The position numbers were made by a program, and so were the translations under genes. Below are positions 27,316-36,665 of a stretch of 64,000 nucleotides of DNA, piece after piece. Numbering within the stretch: position 1 is the stretch's first letter; each line of letters starts with the position of its first letter. Source of the DNA: an uncultured Thermoleophilia bacterium (lineage in GTDB: Bacteria; Actinomycetota; Thermoleophilia; UBA2241); contig CAVQXS010000003.1 in NCBI GenBank assembly GCA_963717965.1, forward strand, positions 6,896 to 70,895. The letters run 5' to 3'. The notes under the pieces are model-generated. The model ran no database searches, was not told where the DNA came from, and saw only the letters and a program-made list of their open reading frames with translations.

Positions 27316-28653
27316 CTAGCCTACCGGAGCGGGCGGGCGCGGCGCATCCGGGATCGGCGGCGCATCCGGCGCCGAGGCCACTTCCGTGGCCGGCTGCGTC
27401 AGCAGTGCACCGCCGCCGGCCGGCGCCGCGTCGTGCAGGCGCGAGACGGCGACGGCCGCGAGGAGCAGCAACCCCGCGGAGAGCAACAGCGAGACCGTGA
27501 ACGAGCCGTCGGCCGTGCGCAGCGCCGCCATCACGTAGACGAACGCCACGGAGACCTGACCGCACAGCTGGATGAGCCCGTTGGACGTCCCCTCCGGGGT
27601 CGGGTAGGTGATCTCCGCCGCGTACTGCATGCCGATCGGCAGCACGGCGACGAGGAAGAAGCCGAGGAGGAAGCTGAAGGCGAAGAGCGCCCATATCGAG
27701 GTGGCGAACGTGATGCCGAGCATGCCGGGGATCGTCAAGGCCAGGGCCAGGACCATGAAGCGCACGCGCTTGCCCTGGCGGTCCGAGAACGCCGAGAGCA
27801 CGACGGCGCCGATGATGCCGGCGAGGAGCGTGATCGCGCCCATGACGCCGGCGTCCGTGGGGCTGAACCCCCGAGGCTCGATGATCTGCTCGACCCAGGT
27901 GGTGACGCCGTTGAAGGCGCCCATGACGATGAAGGCGACGCCGAGCATCACGAGGAACGGCCTCACGTGCAGCGCGTGCTTGAGGCCGTCGAGCATGAGC
28001 GCGCGCTCGTCGTGGCCCGGCGGGCAGGGCGGGGTCTCCGGGCGCTCGCGCGCCAAGGCCAGAAAGGCGACGGCGCTGGCCGCCGCGACGGCGCCGTAGA
28101 CAAGCTGCAGCGTGGCGATCGACATGACCTCTGCGAGGACCGGGGTGAGCGCCATCCCCAGCGCGACGCCGAGCATGCTGGCGAGCGTGACCAGGCCGAC
28201 CGCCGTCGCCCGCTCGCCCGGCGCGAACCAGTTGGCCGGCACCTTGGTCCAGGCGTCGAGCAGGAACGGCTGCGCGACGGCGATACCGATCGTGCACAGG
28301 AGGACGAGCGTGTAGTTGTCGCCGGCGAGGCCGCGAGCGACGCCGAACACGGCCATCATCACGACGCCGAAGCCGACGGCGACACGGAAGCCGCGCGTGT
28401 CGATCAGCCACGCGGCCGGCAGCGACAGCGGGATGAAGGCGATCATGAAGGACATCGAGAGGATGCCGATGGCGAGCTCCGAGACGCCGTAGAACTCCGA
28501 GGCGAGGCTGGTGATCGGCGCGTAGCTGATCCACAGCACCTGGATGGAGATGTTCACGAGCATGAACACGCCGAGGACGACCCAGCGGTAGCCGTACACC
28601 CGGTAGCCGCGCTCGACCGCCAGTCGCTCCCGCTCCTCCGCCCGGACGCTCAC
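27316..28653 (-). CDS. MFS transporter
   Basis: Twelve hydrophobic helices, e.g. RWVVLGVFMLVNISIQVLWISYAPI, and a D-x-x-G-F-R-like loop WLIDTRGFRV. Confidence 0.85.
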   Translation of the reverse strand: MSVRAEERERLAVERGYRVYGYRWVVLGVFMLVNISIQVLWISYAPITSLASEFYGVSELAIGILSMSFMIAFIPLSLPAAWLIDTRGFRVAVGFGVVMMAVFGVARGLAGDNYTLVLLCTIGIAVAQPFLLDAWTKVPANWFAPGERATAVGLVTLASMLGVALGMALTPVLAEVMSIATLQLVYGAVAAASAVAFLALARERPETPPCPPGHDERALMLDGLKHALHVRPFLVMLGVAFIVMGAFNGVTTWVEQIIEPRGFSPTDAGVMGAITLLAGIIGAVVLSAFSDRQGKRVRFMVLALALTIPGMLGITFATSIWALFAFSFLLGFFLVAVLPIGMQYAAEITYPTPEGTSNGLIQLCGQVSVAFVYVMAALRTADGSFTVSLLLSAGLLLLAAVAVSRLHDAAPAGGGALLTQPATEVASAPDAPPIPDAPRPPAPVG

Positions 28654-28752
28654 ATCGCCCCCCGTCCGTCGCGCTTGCGGCGTGGGTAGAGCGGACGCAG
28701 GCGCTTGTGCATCTCGAGAAGAGTCCGGTAAGGGTCGTCGTGGTTCACCGAC

Positions 28753-29160
28753 TCACACCTCCACCAAGATGAGGACGATGGTCAACGCCGCGAGCACGCT
28801 GCTCATGATCGTCAGCACCCACATCGCCCGGGCGTCGCTCGGCAGCGGACGCTGCGCGGTGAGGGCTGCACGCACCTGGCCGGCGCGATAGGCGCCCATG
28901 ACGAAGAGGTAGATGCCGAGGACGCCGTACCCGCTCCCGAGGAGCCCGAACTCGACGTGCGACACGTCGACAAGCGCCGGGATGAGTCGCCCCACAGCAA
29001 GGGCGAGGCCCAGCGCACCCAGCCCGGTCCGGAGCCAGGCAAGATAGGTCCGCTCGGCCGCCAGCCACGTGCGCCGCGGCGCGGAGTCCGTGCCCTTGAG
29101 GCCGTCGCTGGTGACATCGGCGGGCTCGCCCGTCACGGAAGAGGGATCTTGAGACTCCAT
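28753..29160 (-). CDS. DUF202 (YidH-like) membrane protein
   Basis: WLAAERTYLAWLRTGLGALGLALAV motif followed by two more TM helices. Confidence 0.75.
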   Translation of the reverse strand: MESQDPSSVTGEPADVTSDGLKGTDSAPRRTWLAAERTYLAWLRTGLGALGLALAVGRLIPALVDVSHVEFGLLGSGYGVLGIYLFVMGAYRAGQVRAALTAQRPLPSDARAMWVLTIMSSVLAALTIVLILVEV

Positions 29161-29197
29161 GTCTCCACCATCCTAGTCGATTGCCTCCCCGGTCCCG

Positions 29198-30079
29198 TCA
29201 CCGGCCGTGGGGTCTCTGGAGCGCCAACTCGAGAAAGCGCCGGGCCGCCGGGGCAAGAGGGCCCGGCCTGTGGACGAGCACCACGCGGCGCGTGATCCGC
29301 GGACGCGTCGTCGCGACCACGGCACCGAGGCGCGACGCACGGTGCGCGAGTGCTTCCGGGACCATGGCCGCCCCCGCGCCGGCCGCCACCAGAGGGAGGA
29401 TCGCCTCTCTCTGCGCGGCGACCACTACGATGTTGGGCGTGAGCCCCACCCCGGCGAAGGCCTCGTCGAGAAGCCGGCGGCTGGAAGTCCCCTCGGGCGT
29501 AGCGATGAAGGGCACCTGCTCCAGTTCCTCCACCGACAGCGCGCGCCGGCTGCGCCGCGTCCCCGGTGGGAGGATGACAAGCAGGCGCTGGTCGCCGAGC
29601 TCGTGGGTCGCGAGCGGCTCCGGCAGCGCGACCGGTTCCGCGAGTCCGATCTCACAGCGGCCATCCCGCAGCAGAGCCACCAGATCGGCCGTGTCCTCGG
29701 GAGCGGCGAGATCCACGATCACACCCGGATGCGCCGCGCGGAACCGGCCCACAAGGTCGGCCAGCGGGTCCGCGGCGAGCGTGGGCAGGGAACCCAGGGC
29801 GAGGGACCCGGTCTCAAGCCCGGCGATCGACGCCGCGGATGCCCGCGCGACCTCGACATCGCGGAGTGCCTGCCGAGCCGGACCAGCGAAGGCTTCTCCA
29901 GCCGCAGTGAGACGCACGCCTCGACCGAGCCGGTACAGCAGCTCGGTCCCCACTTCCTCCTCGAGTTCTCTGACGGCGAGGGACAACGCGGGCTGCGACA
30001 CGAAGATGGCCTTCGCGGCCTTGGTGAAGCCGCCGTGGTCGACCACCGCCAGGAAGTAGGTGAGCCGCCTCAGATCCAT
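29198..30079 (-). CDS. LysR family transcriptional regulator
   Basis: N-terminal HTH MDLRRLTYFLAVVDHGGFTKAAKAIFVSQPALSLAVRELEEEVG and a LysR substrate-binding domain. ATG 30079 is preferred over the TTG at 30085. Confidence 0.9.
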   Translation of the reverse strand: MDLRRLTYFLAVVDHGGFTKAAKAIFVSQPALSLAVRELEEEVGTELLYRLGRGVRLTAAGEAFAGPARQALRDVEVARASAASIAGLETGSLALGSLPTLAADPLADLVGRFRAAHPGVIVDLAAPEDTADLVALLRDGRCEIGLAEPVALPEPLATHELGDQRLLVILPPGTRRSRRALSVEELEQVPFIATPEGTSSRRLLDEAFAGVGLTPNIVVVAAQREAILPLVAAGAGAAMVPEALAHRASRLGAVVATTRPRITRRVVLVHRPGPLAPAARRFLELALQRPHGR

Positions 30080-30089
30080 CAACAAATCA

Positions 30090-30113
30090 TATACCTATGA
30101 GGCAAACTCGGTA
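30090..30113. promoter_or_regulatory. AT-rich dyad in the LysR/MFS divergent intergenic region (possible LysR site)
   Basis: ATACC-N14-GGTAT (30090-30094 / 30109-30113), within the only AT-rich patch between the divergent genes. Confidence 0.3.
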
Positions 30114-30182
30114 TTCGACATCTAGGTCGTCCAGCCCGACCATAGAGGTGACCATGGCAGTGCGGCCAGAAACGGAGACGGT

Positions 30183-31649
30183 GTGTCCACGGACCTGCAG
30201 CGCACGAGCGACACAGCCCCGAGCGGATGGCGGCGCCTGCTCGTGGAACCCCGGCGGCCCTCGACGATCGCCACGCACCGCCAAGCCCCCTGGTTCGTCG
30301 TCGCCACGGTCTGCGTCGGCGCCTTCATGGGCCAGTTGGACGCCAGTATCGTGGCGCTCGCCTTCCCGACGCTGCAGCACGATTTCCACGCCTCACTTGG
30401 AGCGGTCACCTGGGTCGGCCTGAGTTACCTGCTCGTCCTCGTGGCGACAGTCGCCGCCATGGGCCGCCTGGCAGATATGGTCGGGCGCAAGCTCCTGTAC
30501 ACCTACGGCTTCGCCGTGTTCATCGTCGGCTCCGCCCTCTGCGGCCTCGCTCCTAGCCTGCCCGCGCTGGACGGCTTCCGTGTGCTTCAGGCCGTCGGCG
30601 CCGCCATGCTGCAGGCCAACAGCGTCGCGATCATCTTCCTGGCGGTGCCCCGTAGGTCGCTCGGACGTGCGATCGGCATCCAGGGCGCCGCGCAGGCCAT
30701 CGGCCTCGCCCTCGGGCCGGCGGTCGGCGGTCTCCTCCTCGCCGCCGGCGGCTGGCGTCTTCTCTTTCTCATCAACGTGCCGTTCGGTCTCGTGGGGATG
30801 GCTGCAGGCCTGCTGCTCATCCCTCGCAGCCGCGACCTCGCAGGTCGCGCGCGCTTCGACTGGATCGGCCTCCTGCTCTTCGTGCCCGCGGTCGTCGCGC
30901 TGCTCGGCGCCGTGTCGCTGGGCAACGACGTCGGCTGGACCTCCGCCGCCCTGATGGGAGCCATAGTCGCCGGGAGCCTGCTCGCCGCCGGTTTCATCCT
31001 TCGCGAGCGCCGGACGTCGGCCCCCTTGCTCGACACGCGTCTGTTTCGCAGCGCGTCGTTCTCGGCCGGCGTGGCCAGCGGTCTTCTCTCGTATCTGGTC
31101 ATGTTCGGGGTGCTGCTCGTGACCCCGTTCTTCCTTGAACGCGGACTCGGCGTGGGCTCGGGGCGCACGGGCCTGGAGCTGGCCGTCATGCCCGTCTTCT
31201 TCGGCCTGGTCGCACCGTTTGCCGGCCGTCTTGCCGACAGGCTCGGGGCGCGGCCGCTCACCTTGGCGGGCATGGTCATCGTAGCGGTCACGCTGAGCGT
31301 CCTCGCCGTGTCGCGGCCGGGCCAGGTCATGATCGTGGCCGGATTGGCACTCGTGGGCATCGGCCTTGGGCTCTTCACTCCGCCCAACAACGCCGCGATC
31401 ATGTCGTCGGCTCCGAAGCGGGAATCAGGGACGGCCTCGGGCGTGCTCAACATGACTCGAGGCATGGGGACGGCCCTGGGGCTCGCGCTCACCGGGCTGG
31501 TCTACGGACTCGTCTCCTCACCGGGTCAGGGTCTGCGGGCCTCGATGGCGTTCCTCGCCGCGGTCTCGGTCGCCGCTGTGCTGGTGACGACGCTCCGCGG
31601 CGGCCAGACGGGCGCGAGAAGTGGCGCGCTCCGAGGCGCCGACGGCTGA
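30183..31649 (+). CDS. MFS transporter, DHA2/EmrB-like (14 TM) efflux type
   Basis: GAFMGQLDASIVALAFPTL, GRLADMVGRKLLY, and about 14 TM helices. It is divergent from the LysR gene. Confidence 0.85.
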   Translation: MSTDLQRTSDTAPSGWRRLLVEPRRPSTIATHRQAPWFVVATVCVGAFMGQLDASIVALAFPTLQHDFHASLGAVTWVGLSYLLVLVATVAAMGRLADMVGRKLLYTYGFAVFIVGSALCGLAPSLPALDGFRVLQAVGAAMLQANSVAIIFLAVPRRSLGRAIGIQGAAQAIGLALGPAVGGLLLAAGGWRLLFLINVPFGLVGMAAGLLLIPRSRDLAGRARFDWIGLLLFVPAVVALLGAVSLGNDVGWTSAALMGAIVAGSLLAAGFILRERRTSAPLLDTRLFRSASFSAGVASGLLSYLVMFGVLLVTPFFLERGLGVGSGRTGLELAVMPVFFGLVAPFAGRLADRLGARPLTLAGMVIVAVTLSVLAVSRPGQVMIVAGLALVGIGLGLFTPPNNAAIMSSAPKRESGTASGVLNMTRGMGTALGLALTGLVYGLVSSPGQGLRASMAFLAAVSVAAVLVTTLRGGQTGARSGALRGADG

Positions 31650-31670
31650 ACGCTCGCCGGCCTCCCCGGC

Positions 31671-32798
31671 TTAGCCCTCGAGCGTCCTGAGATAGTCCGA
31701 GACGGCCGCCAGCCCGCCCTCGAGCACGTCGCGGGCGCACGCGTAGCCGAGGCGGACGGCATGCTCTTCGCCGAAGGCGACGCCCGGCATGACGAAGGCG
31801 CCGTTGAGGTCGAACATGCTCTGGCAGAAGTCGACCGAGGGCACGTCGTAGTCGTAGCGGACGAGCGCGATGGTGCCGGCGCGCGGGAGCACGTAGCGCA
31901 GCCGCGGTTCGCTCCCGATCCAGTCGTCGACGATCGCGAGGTTGCCGCGCACGATCGCGAGGCTGCGCTCGAGCACCGCGTCGATGTGCTCGAGCGCCAC
32001 AGCGGCGAGGGCGTCGTCGAGCACGCCGGCGCTGATCGTCGTGTAGTCGCGCACGTCGAGGCAGCGCTGGATCACCTCGGGCGGGCCGACCACCCAGCCG
32101 GTGCGTAGGCCGGCGAGCGAGTAGGTCTTGCTCATGCTGCCGCTGCTGACGCCCTTCTCGTACAGGTCGGCGACCGACGGGGCCGTCGTCCCCGGCTCGT
32201 GCTCCAGCTTGCGGTACACCTCGTCGCAGAATAGCCACGCGTCGCGCTCGCTGGCGACGGCGACGATCTCCCGCAGCAGCGACTCGTCAATGAGCGCGCC
32301 GGTGGGGTTGTTGGGGTTGTTGAGCACGATGAGCCGGGTGCGGTCGTCGGTCAGAGCGCGCAACGCCGCCACGTCCGGCAGGTAGCCGTCCTCTTCGCGA
32401 AGCCTCAGCGTGCGGACCTCGGCGCCCAGAGACTCCGGGACCGAGTAGAGCTGCTGGTAGGTGGGCTGCACGCTCACGACGGTCGAGCCCGGTTCGACGA
32501 GCGCGTACAGGGCGAGGAAGTTGGCGCCGATCGCGCCGTTGGCCGTGAGCACCTCGTCCGGGCCGATGCGCTCGCCGTACAGCGCCGCGATGGCGGCGCG
32601 CAGCCGCGGCGAGCCGACGATGTCCCCGTAGCCGAGCCAGGTCCCTTTGAGGCCACGGACGACGCCGTCTGCGTCGCCGCTCAGCTTCAGCAGCTCATCG
32701 AGGGTGAGCGAGTGCACGCAGGTCTCGGCGATGTTCCAGGTGGCCGTCGTCTCGTGGGCGTTCATCCACTGCTCGACGAAGAACGGTTCGATGCGCAC
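31671..32798 (-). CDS. Class I/II PLP-dependent aminotransferase
   Basis: NNPNNPTG, and the PLP lysine context SGSMSKTYSLAGLRTGW. Confidence 0.85.
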   Translation of the reverse strand: MRIEPFFVEQWMNAHETTATWNIAETCVHSLTLDELLKLSGDADGVVRGLKGTWLGYGDIVGSPRLRAAIAALYGERIGPDEVLTANGAIGANFLALYALVEPGSTVVSVQPTYQQLYSVPESLGAEVRTLRLREEDGYLPDVAALRALTDDRTRLIVLNNPNNPTGALIDESLLREIVAVASERDAWLFCDEVYRKLEHEPGTTAPSVADLYEKGVSSGSMSKTYSLAGLRTGWVVGPPEVIQRCLDVRDYTTISAGVLDDALAAVALEHIDAVLERSLAIVRGNLAIVDDWIGSEPRLRYVLPRAGTIALVRYDYDVPSVDFCQSMFDLNGAFVMPGVAFGEEHAVRLGYACARDVLEGGLAAVSDYLRTLEG

Positions 32799-32991
32799 GC
32801 GAGCCTCCGGTCCTCGGGTGCCGGCCGGCTCGCGCCGGCCGGAATCGTGCCCGCATCCTGCACCGGGCGGCGCGCGGCGGCAAGCGGCGGAGGGCAGGCG
32901 CGACGCACCTCACCCGGAGTGACGGGGACTCAGAGAACGCGCAGCCACAGGGCCGCGAGAAGGCCCCACGCCGTTACGGGGCGCGAGTAGG

Positions 32992-33666
32992 ATGGACGGT
33001 AGCATGTCGCCACGGTTCATCACCCACGCGCAGGCGCGGCGGTTCTACGACCGCATGGGCCGCGCCCAGGACGCGCGGCCGGTCTCCGAACGCCGCGCGC
33101 TCGACGCGCTCGCGGCGCACGGCGACTTCGCGCACGCCGCGGCCTTGGTCGAGTTCGGCTGCGGAACGGGGCGCTTCGCCGCCCGGCTGCTGCGCGAGCA
33201 GCTCCCAGGCGACGCGACCTATCTCGGCCTCGACGTGAGTCCGCGGATGGTCGAGCTGGCGGGCGCGGCCGTGGCGCCGTGGGCCGCTCGCGCGCGAGTC
33301 GAGCTCACCGACGGCGCGATCCACCTGCCCGTCGCGGACGCGTCCTGCGACCGCGTCGTGAGCACCTACGTGCTCGACCTGCTCAGCCCGGCCGACGCGG
33401 CGGCGTTCGTCGGCGAGGCGCGCCGGGTGCTGCGGCCCGGGGGGCTGCTCGCTCTCGCGAGCCTCGCCCCGGGCCGCACGACGCCGGCGCGCCTCGTCAC
33501 TGCTCTCTGGCAGGCGCTCTGGCGGCTGAACCCTGCCCTCCTCGGCGGCTGCCGCCCGCTCTCGCTCCGCAGCTTGCTCGATCCGCGGGAGTGGGAGGTG
33601 CGCGCCGGCTTCAGCGTCACGGACTGGTTCCTTAGCTCCGACGTCCTGGTCGCCGCACGCCGCTGA
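32992..33666 (+). CDS. Class I SAM-dependent methyltransferase
   Basis: Motif I LVEFGCGTGRFA, GLDVSPRMV, and RVLRPGGLLAL. Confidence 0.8.
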   Translation: MDGSMSPRFITHAQARRFYDRMGRAQDARPVSERRALDALAAHGDFAHAAALVEFGCGTGRFAARLLREQLPGDATYLGLDVSPRMVELAGAAVAPWAARARVELTDGAIHLPVADASCDRVVSTYVLDLLSPADAAAFVGEARRVLRPGGLLALASLAPGRTTPARLVTALWQALWRLNPALLGGCRPLSLRSLLDPREWEVRAGFSVTDWFLSSDVLVAARR

Positions 33667-33708
33667 GCACGTGTAGGCTTGCGTCCGACTGAGGAGGGGG
33701 TGAGAGCG

Positions 33709-35127
33709 ATGGACGCACGCGAGTTCCGCAAGCTCGGCCACGAGCTGATCGACTGGGTCGCCGACTACCGCGAGGGCATCGGCGACTACCCTGTGATGAG
33801 CCGGGTGCAGCCGGGCGAGGTTGCGGCCCAGCTGCCCGCAGACCCCCCGCAGCGGGGCGAGGGGCTCGGCGACATCGTCGCCGACCTGGAGCGCATCGTG
33901 ATGCCCGGCATCACCCACTGGAACCACCCCGGCTTCTTCGCCTACTTCCCCAGCAACAGCGACCTCTCGTCCGTGCTCGCCGACCTCGTCTGCTCCGGCC
34001 TCGGGTCCAACGGCATGAGCTGGCAGTCGAGCCCCGCCGCGACGGAGGTCGAGGACGTCGTCATGGAGTGGCTGCGCGCGATGGTCGGCCTTCCGGCGAC
34101 CTTCACCGGGGTGATCGAGGACACGGCCAGCACCTCGACCTTCACCGCCCTGCTCTGCGCCCGGGAGCGCACCTCCTCCTTCTCGCAGAACCGCGGCGGC
34201 CTGCAGGCCGAGGAGGCGCCGCTCGTCGTCTACGCGAGCGACCAGGCGCACAGCTCGGTGCCCAAGGCGGCGCTCCTCGCCGGCTTCGGCGCCGAGCACC
34301 TGCGCCACATCGGCACCGACGACGAGCACGCGCTGCGCCTCGACCTGCTCGAGGAGGCGATCGCGGCCGACCTCGCCGCCGGCCGCCGCCCCTGCGCCGT
34401 GGTCGCCGCGGTCGGTACGACCGCGACCACGGCCCTCGACCCGGTGGCCGGCATCGCGGACCTCTGCGAGCGGCACGGCCTCTGGCTGCACGTCGACGCG
34501 GCGCTCGCCGGCAGCGCGATGATCTGCCCCGAGTACCGCTGGATGTGGGAGGGCGTGGAGCGCGCCGACTCCGTCGTCTTCAACCCGCACAAGTGGATGG
34601 GCACCGGGTTCGACCTCTCCGCCTACTACATCCGCGACCCCGATCATCTGGTGCGCGTGATGAGCACCAACCCGAGTTACCTGCGCACGGCCCAGGACGG
34701 CCTCGTGCGTAACCTGCGCGACTGGGGCATCCCGCTGGGCCGCCGCTTCCGCGCGCTCAAGCTGTGGTTCCTGCTCCGCGAGGCAGGCGTCGAGGGCCTG
34801 CAGGCGCGCATCCGCCGCGACATCGCCAACGCCGCGTGGCTGGCCGCACAGGTGGACGCGGCGCCGGAGTGGGAACGCCTGGCCCCGGCGCCGCTCCAGA
34901 CCGTCTGCCTGCGGCACGTCCCCCCGGCGCTCGCCGGGGACGAGGACGCGCTCGCCGCGCACAACGCCGCCATCGTCGAGCGCATCAACGCCGCCGGCGC
35001 GTACTACTTCGGCACGTCGCTGCTCAAGGACATGCTCATCATGCGTGTCTCCGTCGGCGCCCAGCCCACCGAGCGCGAACACGTCGAGGGCATCTGGGCG
35101 GCATTGCAGAAGGCCGCCGCCCTCTGA
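33709..35127 (+). CDS. Group II PLP-dependent decarboxylase (aromatic-L-amino-acid decarboxylase-like)
   Basis: ATG 33709 after GAGGGGG. ITHWNHPGFFAYFPSN, WLHVDAALAGSA, and the PLP lysine context FNPHKWMGTGFD. Confidence 0.85.
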   Translation: MDAREFRKLGHELIDWVADYREGIGDYPVMSRVQPGEVAAQLPADPPQRGEGLGDIVADLERIVMPGITHWNHPGFFAYFPSNSDLSSVLADLVCSGLGSNGMSWQSSPAATEVEDVVMEWLRAMVGLPATFTGVIEDTASTSTFTALLCARERTSSFSQNRGGLQAEEAPLVVYASDQAHSSVPKAALLAGFGAEHLRHIGTDDEHALRLDLLEEAIAADLAAGRRPCAVVAAVGTTATTALDPVAGIADLCERHGLWLHVDAALAGSAMICPEYRWMWEGVERADSVVFNPHKWMGTGFDLSAYYIRDPDHLVRVMSTNPSYLRTAQDGLVRNLRDWGIPLGRRFRALKLWFLLREAGVEGLQARIRRDIANAAWLAAQVDAAPEWERLAPAPLQTVCLRHVPPALAGDEDALAAHNAAIVERINAAGAYYFGTSLLKDMLIMRVSVGAQPTEREHVEGIWAALQKAAAL

Positions 35128-35351
35128 CCCAGGTGCGATCCTCGTGCGGTGGCGCCGGGAGGCCCGGAGCGGCTACCCTCGGGGCGGAGGGATTCACGCC
35201 CTCGGCGCGAAGCCCCCGGATACAGGCCGGCGCGGAGCGCCGGCCTGTCCAGCGGTCAAGGAGTGCCCCGTCGGGCCGATACCCGAAGAGAGTGCACGCG
35301 AGCAATGACATGGCCGGAGACAGGTCCATTCCCCCCACAGACAGGCGCACG

Positions 35352-36380
35352 ATGACGGCGCGCCGCGCCCTCGCGGCGGGCGCGGCCCTCGTCGCCGTGG
35401 TCTTTGCGACGCTCGTCCTCGCGGCCGCCGCAGCGGCTCCGCCGGCGGCGGCGGCGCCGTCGCTGTACGACCTGCAGCGCGAGGCCAAGCGGACGCGCGC
35501 GGAGATGGAGGGCCTGCAGGCGGAGCTGCAGACCGTCGGCCAGCGCCTGGCCGACGCTCAGGTGAAGCTCGACGAGGTCAACCAGCGCCTGCAGCTCTCA
35601 CGCCGCGAGCTCGCCCGCTCCGAGGACTCCCTGGACCTGCAGCGCGAGATCCTCGCGGAACGGGCGGCGACGATGTACAAGACCGGCGACCTCAACTGGT
35701 TCGACATCATCTCCAGCATCCAGAGCCTCGCCGACATCGACACGCTGCAGTCGCTGCTGCGCGCCATCGCCGACCAGGACCGGCGCGCCGAGAACGAAGC
35801 CCAGCGCCTGGCCCGCGAGGCGCGTCGCCTCGAACGCCGCGTGGAGAGTGAGCACGGGGAGGCCATCGCCGCCGAGCGGGAGGTCCAGAACCAGAAGATC
35901 GAGCTCGACCAGAAGCTGGCCGAGCGCACGGCGATCCTCCAGGACGTCACCCAGCGCATCAAGAAGATACTCGCCAGCGGCGGCCTTGGCGCGGCGCTCA
36001 GGATGGCCCGGAACGGACAGTTCACCCAGTTCACCTGGGCACAGGCACTGCTCGTCGCCATGCGCCTCCCCGTGACCGCCGACAACGTCGCCGCCGTCAC
36101 CGCCTGGGAGATGGCCGAGGGCGGCCACTGGTACAACACCGCCTACTACAACCCGCTCAACACGACGCAGAGCATGCCGGGCGCGACCGTGTTCAACTCC
36201 GTGGGCGTCAAGGCGTACACGAGCTGGAGGCAGGGCCTCGAGGCGACCGTGAAGACGCTGAAGAACGGCTACTACGGCGCCATCATCGAGGCGCTGCGCC
36301 GCGGCAACGACGCGTCGGCCGTGGCCGCGGCCGTCGGCGCCTCGCCCTGGGGCACGGGCGACTTCAGCCACCTGCTCTAG
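35352..36380 (+). CDS. Secreted coiled-coil protein with an uncharacterised C-terminal domain
   Basis: Signal MTARRALAAGAALVAVVFATLVLAAAAAA (alternative ATG 35310). A ~200-aa heptad-rich region resembles the N-termini of RipA/PcsB-type cell-wall hydrolases. The C-terminal ~130 aa (TWAQALL...NPLNTTQSMPG...SPWGTGDF) has no hydrolase motif I recognise. Confidence 0.6.
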   Translation: MTARRALAAGAALVAVVFATLVLAAAAAAPPAAAAPSLYDLQREAKRTRAEMEGLQAELQTVGQRLADAQVKLDEVNQRLQLSRRELARSEDSLDLQREILAERAATMYKTGDLNWFDIISSIQSLADIDTLQSLLRAIADQDRRAENEAQRLAREARRLERRVESEHGEAIAAEREVQNQKIELDQKLAERTAILQDVTQRIKKILASGGLGAALRMARNGQFTQFTWAQALLVAMRLPVTADNVAAVTAWEMAEGGHWYNTAYYNPLNTTQSMPGATVFNSVGVKAYTSWRQGLEATVKTLKNGYYGAIIEALRRGNDASAVAAAVGASPWGTGDFSHLL

Positions 36381-36437
36381 GAGCCGGGAGGGGCGCCCGG
36401 GGGTGACGCGGCCGCGGGCGCCGGGTATCAATGGAAC

Positions 36438-36665
36438 ATGCTCCACCGGCGCAGACCGAGACCACCCGAGTACGACCCGCTCGTGACCGACCGTGACGGG
36501 CGCGTGGTCGGCGTACGCACGCCGCCGCCAGACCCGCCTGAGGAGAACGCCGCGAGCCGGCACTGGCGGCGTCGGCGAGCGCTGGCGTCGACCGGCGAGC
36601 TCCGCGGGCAGGCCGCGCTGCGCAACCAGTTCACCTGGTTCCACGTCGACCCACCGCGACGGTGA
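36438..36665 (+). CDS. Hypothetical 75-aa Arg/Pro-rich protein (uncertain)
   Basis: ORF with about 85% GC3. Its stop overlaps the next start (GTGA at 36662-36665). There is no Shine-Dalgarno sequence and no recognisable domain. Confidence 0.35.
   Translation: MLHRRRPRPPEYDPLVTDRDGRVVGVRTPPPDPPEENAASRHWRRRRALASTGELRGQAALRNQFTWFHVDPPRR

Noticed and set aside
28650-28748. A 32-codon ORF (GTG 28748 to TGA 28650, minus strand) between the DUF202 and MFS genes, with its stop overlapping the MFS GTG.
   Set aside because: It is too short, and too basic and low in complexity (VNHDDPYRTLLEMHKRLRPLYPRRKRDGRGAM), to support from sequence alone. It might be real, but I cannot substantiate it.
36438-36665. 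The 75-aa ORF as a TOMM/RiPP precursor peptide.
   Set aside because: It has no Cys/Ser/Thr-rich core, no leader-type motif and no RBS, and no YcaO cyclodehydratase is nearby. It is retained only as an uncertain coupled ORF.
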